In this document: positions 26,555 through 34,181 of the stretch, piece after piece | How the letters are laid out: each line of letters opens with the position of its first letter | Numbering within the stretch: position 1 is the stretch's first letter | Origin: Candidatus Woesearchaeota archaeon | Lineage (GTDB): Archaea; Nanobdellota; Nanobdellia; Pacearchaeales; GW2011-AR1 | DNA: 39,086 nt | Assembly: GCA_964653605.1 (NCBI GenBank) | Contig: CAZZGW010000004.1 | Span: 1-39,086, forward strand | Direction: 5' to 3' | Position numbers and translations under genes: made by a program | The notes under the pieces: generated by a model | Seen by the model: the letters and a program-made list of their open reading frames with translations, nothing else | What the model was told of the DNA's origin: nothing | Database searches by the model: none

Positions 26555-26998
26555 ATGACGGATAATTATGATTATTTTTCTACTCTAATTCGCAAGTCTT
26601 TTAATAAGAGATTGGGAAGAACAAATGAAGATCTTGAAATTATGGATATAGATCAAACAAGAAGCCCAATTAATCCTTATTTTAATACAACCCTCCCATA
26701 CACTCCTCCTGAAAATCCATTAACTGTTTTAGCTAGAATAAATCCCAACAGGTTAGCAGGTATTATGGAAAGAAAATTACAAAATGAAAGAATTAATATG
26801 TTTGTAAATCAAGAAATTCAAGAAAAAAAAGAAAATACTAAAATGGTGCAAGCTTATTTTAATGGAATGACTTCTCAAGAAAAAGGAAAAATTACTGCCT
26901 ATGATGTTGAGTCTTTTGAAGTAAGAGAAGACGGAATTTTAGTATTTTTGGGTCTTGGAGGAACAAAAAAAGTAACAAGAGTTATACTCCAGAGATAA
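26555..26998 (+). CDS. Hypothetical orphan protein between rtcB and its duplicated 3' end
   Basis: 147-aa ORF with no motif I recognise. Confidence 0.6.
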   Translation: MTDNYDYFSTLIRKSFNKRLGRTNEDLEIMDIDQTRSPINPYFNTTLPYTPPENPLTVLARINPNRLAGIMERKLQNERINMFVNQEIQEKKENTKMVQAYFNGMTSQEKGKITAYDVESFEVREDGILVFLGLGGTKKVTRVILQR

Positions 26999-28414
26999 TC
27001 AACCCTTAATAACAACTAATGGCTTTAATCTAGCTACTTTTTTAGAAATACCTAAATCTTGCACTACCTGAACAACCTCTTCAACATCTTTGTAGACTTC
27101 TGGTGCTTCTTCTGCTAGTGATTTATCACTTGAACTAGAAACTTCAATTCCTTTCTCATTAAGCATTTTTTTTGTTTTTTTACCATCAATTGTTTTTATG
27201 GCTTTTGTCCTTCCCATGATTCTCCCAGCTCCATGAACTGTGCTTCCAAAGGTCATTTCTTCTGCTTTTTTAGTTCCTGCTAAAACGTAACTTGATGTTC
27301 CCATAGTTCCTGGAATTAAAACAGGTTGTCCAACTTTTCTGTATTTTTCGGGGATTTCTTTTCTTCCTGGACCGAATGCTCTAGTTGCACCCTTTCTATG
27401 AACACAAACTTCCTGCATTTTTCCATTAATTTTGTGTTTTTCAAATTTAGCAATATTATGGCAGACATCATAAACAACCTCAACTTTTACTTTTGGAAAA
27501 AGTCTCTTGAGTTCTTCTCTTGTCCATTCTGTAATTAATTGTTTATTCGCAAAAGCAAAATTAACAGCGCAGCACATTGCCCCGTAGTAGTCTTTTCCTA
27601 ATTTGCTTTTAATTGGGGCATTAACTAATTCCCTGTCCGGAAGCTCCTTTACGTTTGTTTCTTTTTCCATCGCTTTAATGTAATCCGAGGCTATTTGGTG
27701 TCCTAACCCTCGAGAACCACAATGAATCATAACGACTGCCTGGTCTTTCTTAAGTCCAAAAGTTTTAGCAATTTCTTTATCAAAAATTTCATCAACAAAA
27801 AGAACTTCAAGAAAATGATTTCCAGCTCCAAGGGTTCCTAATTGGCCTATCCCTCTTCTAATTGCTTTTTCAGAAACTTTTGAAACATCTGCTTCTTTCA
27901 TTTTCCCTCCCTCTTCGGTGTTAATGTAATCTTCCTTAATATTATCTCCGAGTTCAGACATATATTCTGCCCCTCTTTCAAGGATTTTTATGAAGTCAGA
28001 TCGTTTAACCTGGTAGGGGCTTCCTCTTCCAACACCAGAAGGAATTTTTTTGTTTAAAGAATTAAGAACTTCTTTTTGCTTTTCGAGAATGTCTTTTTTT
28101 GTTAAATTTGTTTTAAGCAATCTAACACTGCAATTAATGTCATATCCAACACCTCCTGGGCTTATGATTCCTTTATCTTTATCAAAAGCTGCTACGCCTC
28201 CTATGCTAAAACCGTAGCCCTGGTGTGCATCAGGCAATGCAATAGATTGATTAATAATTCCTGGCAAGTTAGCAACGTTAATAACTTGAATCAGAGTTTT
28301 GTCCTCTTTTATGTCCTTCAATATGCTTTCAGATGCATAAACCCTTCCCGGGACGTTCATCTTCCCTTTCCTAGGAATTTCATATATGTTCTCAGAAATT
28401 TTATTTATTTCCAT
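26999..28414 (-). CDS. rtcB: RNA-splicing/repair ligase RtcB (start revised to 28414, MEINKISE)
   Basis: LPDAHQGYGFSIGG, GVGYDINC, GTLGAGNHFLE, HCGSRG, YDVCHN, HRKGAT, HGAGR and EEAPEVYKD motifs. Confidence 0.96.
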   Translation of the reverse strand: MEINKISENIYEIPRKGKMNVPGRVYASESILKDIKEDKTLIQVINVANLPGIINQSIALPDAHQGYGFSIGGVAAFDKDKGIISPGGVGYDINCSVRLLKTNLTKKDILEKQKEVLNSLNKKIPSGVGRGSPYQVKRSDFIKILERGAEYMSELGDNIKEDYINTEEGGKMKEADVSKVSEKAIRRGIGQLGTLGAGNHFLEVLFVDEIFDKEIAKTFGLKKDQAVVMIHCGSRGLGHQIASDYIKAMEKETNVKELPDRELVNAPIKSKLGKDYYGAMCCAVNFAFANKQLITEWTREELKRLFPKVKVEVVYDVCHNIAKFEKHKINGKMQEVCVHRKGATRAFGPGRKEIPEKYRKVGQPVLIPGTMGTSSYVLAGTKKAEEMTFGSTVHGAGRIMGRTKAIKTIDGKKTKKMLNEKGIEVSSSSDKSLAEEAPEVYKDVEEVVQVVQDLGISKKVARLKPLVVIKG

Positions 28415-28495
28415 TTTTCTTATTATTATGAAAAGATAACTAACCTTTAAAAGGGTTTTTCCCCTCTGTAAAATCATGAAAAGGAGGTTAATTAA

Positions 28496-28678
28496 ATGGC
28501 ATTATTAGGAAACGGACTTCTTGGATTGATCGTTCTTGCGTGTGCAGTGTGGGTAATTTATGACGTGGCTGCAAACCAGAAGAAAATGTCTTCAGGAAAG
28601 AAAGTCCTTTGGATAATTTTAGCGGTTATTTTCAACATCTTAACGGCAATAATATATTATCTTGTAGTTAAGAAATAA
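28496..28678 (+). CDS. PLDc_N-type small two-TM membrane protein
   Basis: AGGAGGT RBS and the pattern VWVIYDV...KKVLWIILAVIFNILTAIIYYLV. Confidence 0.8.
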   Translation: MALLGNGLLGLIVLACAVWVIYDVAANQKKMSSGKKVLWIILAVIFNILTAIIYYLVVKK

Positions 28679-28833
28679 CTTTATTTTTATTTTTTTAATC
28701 TATTTTTTGTTAGTCTCTTTTTGAGTTGTTATCCAGTTAGAGGGGCATTCTGATAGAATCTCTTTTGTTAGAAGGGTTTGTTTGAGATAGGTGAAGCTTT
28801 AGCTTATTTATAGTCAGTTAATTGTCTTTTTTC

Positions 28834-29247
28834 TTAAACATCTAGAACAACTTGTGCAATCCATTTTTCTGGTAGGTGCTTTATTTCCATTTCGCTATAT
28901 GTTACTGCCTTGATATGAGTAATCTCGTAATCATTGTTTTTTACGGTGTCTCCCACAACTCTTGCAGTGATTTCAAATTTTGCCTTATCTAAAATAACTT
29001 CCTCAAATCTACTTCCAATGAAATTTTCACTGTCCAATAAAAACAAGAATTCTTCTAAAAAATTGTACATTAAACTCTCAAGATCATTTCCTTCAGCCCT
29101 TATTGTCATCCTTTTATTAAGTTTTATTTTTTTATCCGACAAACTCTTGAATAACGCGAGTGCAGAATTCTCAAAGACCTCTTCAATTGTCTTTCCCCAA
29201 GCTTGGAACTTTATATCTGCAGTGTGTGATAAAAATTCAAATTTCAT
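28834..29247 (-). CDS. Archease (RtcB cofactor)
   Basis: FEFLSHTADI, IKAVTY and terminal VVLDV motifs, next to rtcB. Confidence 0.95.
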   Translation of the reverse strand: MKFEFLSHTADIKFQAWGKTIEEVFENSALALFKSLSDKKIKLNKRMTIRAEGNDLESLMYNFLEEFLFLLDSENFIGSRFEEVILDKAKFEITARVVGDTVKNNDYEITHIKAVTYSEMEIKHLPEKWIAQVVLDV

Positions 29248-29248
29248 T

Positions 29249-29590
29249 TTAATATCTTATCGCTCCTATTGCTGTTAGTAGTTGCATTGTTGCAAATGCA
29301 ATATTCATTACAATTAATGGTTTTTCTTTATGCAAAATTCCATAATACATCCAAAGAACAGAGATTATTGAAAACCCTAGCCAAGAGAGGGCACTAACTC
29401 CCGTAGCATCTTGGTAAACCCATATTTTGAGTAATTGAGGGAGAGTAATTAGTGGACAAATAATGGCTACTGCATACATTAGCTTATCGTAATTTCTTTT
29501 GAATTTATCTGGGTGTGGATACTTCTCATGTTTTTTATGAATCCTTTTTCTGATATTCATATGGTGGAGTCCTTTACTTTGAGCAGGCAT
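29249..29590 (-). CDS. SemiSWEET/PQ-loop family transporter
   Basis: Three TM helices with LPQLLKIW...GVS...W.YYGIL...PLIVMN. Confidence 0.8.
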   Translation of the reverse strand: MPAQSKGLHHMNIRKRIHKKHEKYPHPDKFKRNYDKLMYAVAIICPLITLPQLLKIWVYQDATGVSALSWLGFSIISVLWMYYGILHKEKPLIVMNIAFATMQLLTAIGAIRY

Positions 29591-29591
29591 T

Positions 29592-30041
29592 TTATCTCAC
29601 CCAGCAGAATAATTTTAATTGTCTTGGAGCATAAGTGTCCAGATCCGCGGAGATGTATCCAGATTTAGAATATATGTTTTTTTCTGGAGGAGACCCAGGA
29701 TTGGTACAATCGTCATTTAAATCACAAACTTTACTTTCACAAATAATACTTCTAGGAGACTTCTCAAGCACTTTTAAACCAGTATTGGTCAACCCAGAAG
29801 AATTAAAGTCGTCCCACTCAACAGGCAAACTAGCATCAAGTATTTCTTCTCTAAGGTCCTCGTCATTTTGGATGGTCTTTAAAATATAATCCATTTTTTG
29901 ATTAATCTCTTTTCCAATAACATCTCCAGTAAAACTATTTTGATTTAAAACCAGAACGACCGCACCAGTCATAAGCATTATTGCGATGAATACTTCAATA
30001 ACTTTTATCCAACCTTTTTTATTTTTCTTTCTTATTCTCAT
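29592..30041 (-). CDS. Type IV pilin-like protein
   Basis: Basic leader KKG followed by WIKVIEVFIAIML hydrophobic helix and a C-terminal Cys set. Confidence 0.6.
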   Translation of the reverse strand: MRIRKKNKKGWIKVIEVFIAIMLMTGAVVLVLNQNSFTGDVIGKEINQKMDYILKTIQNDEDLREEILDASLPVEWDDFNSSGLTNTGLKVLEKSPRSIICESKVCDLNDDCTNPGSPPEKNIYSKSGYISADLDTYAPRQLKLFCWVR

Positions 30042-30042
30042 T

Positions 30043-30768
30043 TTACCAAATCTTTAACACCAAAAATCCTGTTTGAATCTTTCCCAATTCGTTAACATAC
30101 TGTATGGGGATTTCTTTTATGTAAATATTTTTTTGAACGTCTCTGTCTGGAGTTTCTATGGCATTTCCACCAGAATAAATCAATCCAAATCCAAATTCAT
30201 ATGTATCTGGAATTTTTAAGTCATCTTTTAGCATTTCATACCTGCCTATGTAATCATTTATTAATGCAATAACATTCTCTGAAAAAATATATTTTTCAAC
30301 CTTGGTAACTCCCAAATCGTAACCAACACCTTCCACAAGGTTTTCACAGGTCCAAGATCCAGAGCCCCTATCTGGAAAGTCTTCGGAATGGTGAATTTTG
30401 AAAAATACGTCTGAGGGATCCTCTCTCTGGATTCTTAAGTCATTTCCTTGGATTCCAGATTGGGTTGAAACTTGTTCAGCATTCCAAACAAAAATCCTTG
30501 GAGTTATTTCAAAAGTTCCAATAAGTCCATCTAAAGAAATACATTCACTTAAGCTGCTTGAACTAACGTTCACAGTTATGATTGTTAACTCAGAAGAAAC
30601 ATTTTCAATTAAAGTTTTTTCAAGATAGACCCTCAGAGCATTCTCTTGTTCTTTTTGTTGAAAGCTCGGCTGGGCTAAAGTATAAAGAAATATCAAGAAC
30701 GCTACAAATATTGCAAAAGAGATGACCACTCCAATATGGGATCCTCTCTTATCACCTCTTCTGATCAT
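30043..30768 (-). CDS. Type IV pilin-like protein
   Basis: Basic leader KRG followed by SHIGVVISFAIFV hydrophobic helix. Co-oriented with a 1-nt gap to the next pilin-like gene. Confidence 0.55.
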   Translation of the reverse strand: MIRRGDKRGSHIGVVISFAIFVAFLIFLYTLAQPSFQQKEQENALRVYLEKTLIENVSSELTIITVNVSSSSLSECISLDGLIGTFEITPRIFVWNAEQVSTQSGIQGNDLRIQREDPSDVFFKIHHSEDFPDRGSGSWTCENLVEGVGYDLGVTKVEKYIFSENVIALINDYIGRYEMLKDDLKIPDTYEFGFGLIYSGGNAIETPDRDVQKNIYIKEIPIQYVNELGKIQTGFLVLKIW

Positions 30769-30837
30769 GAATTAGAACATCAAATTAAATATATAAAACT
30801 ATTGAAAAAGATAAAATAAAAAATAAAAACAATTCAC

Positions 30838-31083
30838 TTATCTTCTTTTCTTTTTAGCGGCTTTCTTCTTAACTGGTTTCTTTTTTACAACCTTCTTCTT
30901 AGCAGCTTTCTTCTTAACTGGTTTCTTTTTTACAACCTTCTTCTTAACTGGTTTCTTCTTAACTGCCTTTTTCTTTTTACCGCCTCTCGCCATCTTAGCT
31001 TCGCACACGTTTCCTTTACCGTCTACATAATAAAGGTAACCTGACTTTCTTTCAATGACATTTTTAGCAATGATTTTTCCCAT
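30838..31083 (-). CDS. Cc1-like small chromatin protein with Lys-rich histone-H1-like tail
   Basis: IERKSGYLYYVDGKGNV...MARGG core, then xxKKK pentapeptide repeats. Strong AGGAGGT RBS and GAAAGGTTTATAAA promoter upstream. Confidence 0.75.
   Translation of the reverse strand: MGKIIAKNVIERKSGYLYYVDGKGNVCEAKMARGGKKKKAVKKKPVKKKVVKKKPVKKKAAKKKVVKKKPVKKKAAKKKRR
30860..30965. repeat. Coding tandem repeat with 15-bp sub-period and 45-bp period
   Basis: GCTTTCTTCTTAACTGGTTTCTTTTTTACAACCTTCTTCTTA is identical at 30860-30901 and 30905-30946. Confidence 0.9.
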
Positions 31084-31164
31084 CTCTTTTAGACCTCCTT
31101 TTGATCATTATAATTTTCTATAGACTCAATTCTTTATAAACCTTTCTGACTCTTCTCACTGTCC

Positions 31165-31530
31165 TTAGTTCAAGGCCAATAAATTTTTAATTTCTCGTCG
31201 GTAAAATTCGTTAATCGGAATCTCAAAAAGTTTTGTGAATGGTTTGTCTGGACCAATCTCCACGCTCCAGGGCTTGATAATTTTCTTCTTTATGATTTTG
31301 TGGTCCTTATCAATCCAAACGGCAACAAAAGGAAATTTGACAAACAGCGAGTGAATTTTCCATTTAATAGGTTTCTTAAATTCAAATAATAATGCCCTTG
31401 CTCTTCTTCTATTTCTATACATGAGACCCCTTGCCTCTTGGAAAGTTCCATTCACCTTTTTTAGTTCTGGAATTTTGAGGAGTTCATCCAAACCAACTTT
31501 TGTTTTTTTCTTTGCCATCTTTTTTTGCAA
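31165..31530 (-). CDS. DUF192 (UPF0127) family protein
   Basis: ARGLMYR...LLFEF...IHSLFVKFP..AVWID motif. Confidence 0.8.
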   Translation of the reverse strand: MQKKMAKKKTKVGLDELLKIPELKKVNGTFQEARGLMYRNRRRARALLFEFKKPIKWKIHSLFVKFPFVAVWIDKDHKIIKKKIIKPWSVEIGPDKPFTKLFEIPINEFYRREIKNLLALN

Positions 31531-31882
31531 TATAAGTGTTATAATGGAGGTTAACGTTCTTATTAGTTACCCAATCGTGATGCTTGAATCCACCTCCAAA
31601 TGTTTTTGGAATATGCATTAGTTCATGGATGATCGTTTTAACCTGGTCTTCTTTAGAAAGTTTATCAAATCTTTCATGGATAAATTCAAGAGCATAATGG
31701 GCTTTAACGCCAACAGCTTTTTGCATTAACTTTCCAAGCGCGTGACATCTAGCAATGGTGCCTTTAGAGGAACTTCCGTAGCTCCTAAAACATTTTACTC
31801 TTTCAAGAACGATATGGGGGAATAACATTATAGAAACTTCATCCGCAATTCTTTGTAAATCCTCTGCTGGTTCGTATTTCAT
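31484..31882 (-). CDS. Putative SprT-like/phage-type zinc metallopeptidase
   Basis: RSYGS...ARC...ERFDKL...IIHELMHIP...GG..HH. Confidence 0.75.
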   Translation of the reverse strand: MKYEPAEDLQRIADEVSIMLFPHIVLERVKCFRSYGSSSKGTIARCHALGKLMQKAVGVKAHYALEFIHERFDKLSKEDQVKTIIHELMHIPKTFGGGFKHHDWVTNKNVNLHYNTYIAKKDGKEKNKSWFG

Positions 31883-31890
31883 TTTATTTT

Positions 31891-32157
31891 TTAATCCTCT
31901 TGAATTTCAACAACTTTCTTCCGCGATTTAAGTCCAAAGACAATCTTACATTTTTTGTTAAAATATTTCCGAAGTATTTTTTCTAATGCAATGTTTGCCT
32001 TACCTTTTAAAGGGGCCTCTTTAATCCAAGCTTCATATTCCCCTTCCTTAATCTTAACAACTTCTTCTCTTGAAGAATTTGGGTGCATCTTCACCTTAAC
32101 TCTTTTATTATGATGTTCTGTTTTGGAAATCTTTTCAAAATGTTTATTCTTCTTCAT
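31891..32157 (-). CDS. DUF167 (UPF0235) protein
   Basis: VKMHPNS...APLKGKAN...IVFGLKSRKK. Confidence 0.85.
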   Translation of the reverse strand: MKKNKHFEKISKTEHHNKRVKVKMHPNSSREEVVKIKEGEYEAWIKEAPLKGKANIALEKILRKYFNKKCKIVFGLKSRKKVVEIQED

Positions 32158-32542
32158 CAGGAATTTTATGTAATCCTTTATTAAATACTTTTTCTATGTA
32201 TTCCTCAACATCTTGGATTTTCCTAAAAGAAAATATTTCTACGTAGCCATTATGGAAATGACATTCTTCCTGGTTATATTCCCTGCAAATTGTTGGTCTT
32301 TTTTTATAATAGGTACATCTGTTATTCTCGTCTAAGTGTCTGCAAGGAGTTATGAATTCAATATTCCAACTTCCATCTTCTTCAACATAGACGTGTACGT
32401 TTTCATGACAAACATACCATTTAATATTTTCAAAATCTTCTAAAGTTTCTGGAACATCTATTTCTATGGCCACATATTTGCAACACTTTCCATCACATTC
32501 GTTACAGGTTTTAATATCTTTATTTAGTTTTTTTTTGGACAT
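32144..32542 (-). CDS. YkgJ-family cysteine-cluster protein
   Basis: CNECDGKCC, CRHL, and CTYYKKRPTICREY. Confidence 0.88.
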   Translation of the reverse strand: MSKKKLNKDIKTCNECDGKCCKYVAIEIDVPETLEDFENIKWYVCHENVHVYVEEDGSWNIEFITPCRHLDENNRCTYYKKRPTICREYNQEECHFHNGYVEIFSFRKIQDVEEYIEKVFNKGLHKIPDEEE

Positions 32543-32561
32543 GGAAGAGAGTTAATTAAAA

Positions 32562-32951
32562 TCAGTTTTTAAAGCTAACGCGTTCATCTCTGTCAGAATC
32601 CATAAATCCTTTAACTCTTTTACGTATCTCAACAATCCCTTCAAGACCTTCCGAATCTGTGGTTCCGTCAATAAGAGCTAGATTTTTTTCCATCTCCTCT
32701 AAAGAAAGGTAGCTTTTGTATCTTCTAAAAATGAATGATTTAGGGAGAACTCCAAAGAGTACCTGGTCCCAAAGGAAATAATCTCCACAGTCTTTGCAAC
32801 AAGATAAATTTGTAACGATTCGGTTAACCTTCCCATTAATTTTTGATTTAAGATTAGTCGAAGCCAAATATTTGAAATAATCGATGGATTTTACTGGATC
32901 TATTTCTTTCCCCTCCACTTCATAACATTTACATTTTTCTTTCGGATTCAT
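32562..32951 (-). CDS. Hypothetical protein, possible Zn-binding
   Basis: CKC and CCKDCG motifs. Start overlaps the ychF stop (ATGA). Confidence 0.6.
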   Translation of the reverse strand: MNPKEKCKCYEVEGKEIDPVKSIDYFKYLASTNLKSKINGKVNRIVTNLSCCKDCGDYFLWDQVLFGVLPKSFIFRRYKSYLSLEEMEKNLALIDGTTDSEGLEGIVEIRKRVKGFMDSDRDERVSFKN

Positions 32952-34141
32952 CTTGTAACAATCTCTAAGGCGTCTCTATGTTTTAATGCGTGTTCTTTGC
33001 CCCAAGCCATTTTACTTCTAGCATCAATAGCTTTTATAAAATTTTTACCAAAATCAGTATGTAGGTAGTAAGCAAAATCCTGAGCAGTAGTTCCTGGAGG
33101 CATTAGGAAACAATCAGGAAGAATATTTCCTTTGCTATCCCCTAATTTGTTTGCACTTGCAGGGAATATTGCAATATATTCCAATAAATCAAATACTCCT
33201 GAATTTAGTACTTTTTGAACACCAGTTCCAAATTCAAATTTATCCAAGACATTTTCTTTAATTTTATTTAATGCTCCCTTTTGTTTTTCATTTAAATCTT
33301 TAAGAATTTTGAAATCTTTTTCTCCTGGTATGTATTCAATCAGGCCCGCTTTAGCAGCTTGTCTGAGTGCTAGTTCAGAATCGGAGCTGCAAGGAACAAC
33401 CAAATAATCTGGAAATTTTTTCTTTAGTTTCTCAAAGTTTTCTTCCCCATTTTCAACATCAACTTTATTAGCGGCAATTATCATTGGTTTGCTTTCTTTT
33501 CTTAATTCAGAGGCAAAAGTCATTAATTGTTCTTCAGTCCAAGTAGAAGCTTTTTCTGGAAGATTTGTTTTTCTTAATACTGCTTTTATTTGTTCTTCAG
33601 TAACTTTCAGCCCAGAAAATTGTTTTGTAACAGCTTCTGTGAACTTAGTTTTCTCAAGCTCGGCTTTTCTTGCAAAAGCTTTCCAAGCCTTAACCAAGAT
33701 ATTGTAATACCAAGTATCAAGTTCTTTTTCTAAAAAAATCACATCCTCCCAGATTTCATAGGTTTCCCCTTTTTCAAGAGGTTTTCCTTCGGCATTAGTT
33801 GTCCCAGTACAGTCAACTATTTGTATAAACATGTTTGCCCCACGCAAATCATCTAAAAATTGATTTCCTAAACCCTTTCCTTCTGAAGCCCCAGGAACCA
33901 GGCCAGCAACATCCATCAAATCAACAGGAACAAATCTATTATGCTTTAAACAAAAACCATGATTTGGGTTACATTGGGTATTAAATTCCTTATCAATACA
34001 GTCTACTTTAACATAAGCAACTCCATGGTTAGCTTTTATTGTGGTAAATGGGTAAGAAGCTATTTCAACCTCTGCTAAAGTTGCAGCTTTGAAAAAGGTG
34101 CTTTTTCCCACAGAAGGTTTTCCTACAAGTCCTAATAACAT
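32948..34141 (-). CDS. ychF: Archaeal YchF-like Obg-family GTPase/ATPase with TGS domain
   Basis: GKPSVGKST, YPFTTI, DVAGLVPGA..GKGLGNQFLDDL, NKVD and C-terminal TGS pattern. Confidence 0.92.
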   Translation of the reverse strand: MLLGLVGKPSVGKSTFFKAATLAEVEIASYPFTTIKANHGVAYVKVDCIDKEFNTQCNPNHGFCLKHNRFVPVDLMDVAGLVPGASEGKGLGNQFLDDLRGANMFIQIVDCTGTTNAEGKPLEKGETYEIWEDVIFLEKELDTWYYNILVKAWKAFARKAELEKTKFTEAVTKQFSGLKVTEEQIKAVLRKTNLPEKASTWTEEQLMTFASELRKESKPMIIAANKVDVENGEENFEKLKKKFPDYLVVPCSSDSELALRQAAKAGLIEYIPGEKDFKILKDLNEKQKGALNKIKENVLDKFEFGTGVQKVLNSGVFDLLEYIAIFPASANKLGDSKGNILPDCFLMPPGTTAQDFAYYLHTDFGKNFIKAIDARSKMAWGKEHALKHRDALEIVTR

Positions 34142-34181
34142 ATCTCTAGAATTATACGGTCATTTAAAAGGATTTTCATCT

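Noticed and set aside
26381-27103. rtcB copy as a diversity-generating retroelement TR/VR pair
   Set aside because: Mismatches are not confined to adenines of one copy, no reverse transcriptase is present, and RtcB is not a DGR-type target.
28415-28477. 21-aa N-terminal extension of RtcB in the ORF track
   Set aside because: It overlaps the divergent promoter region, and RtcB-like sequence begins at MEINKISE (28414).
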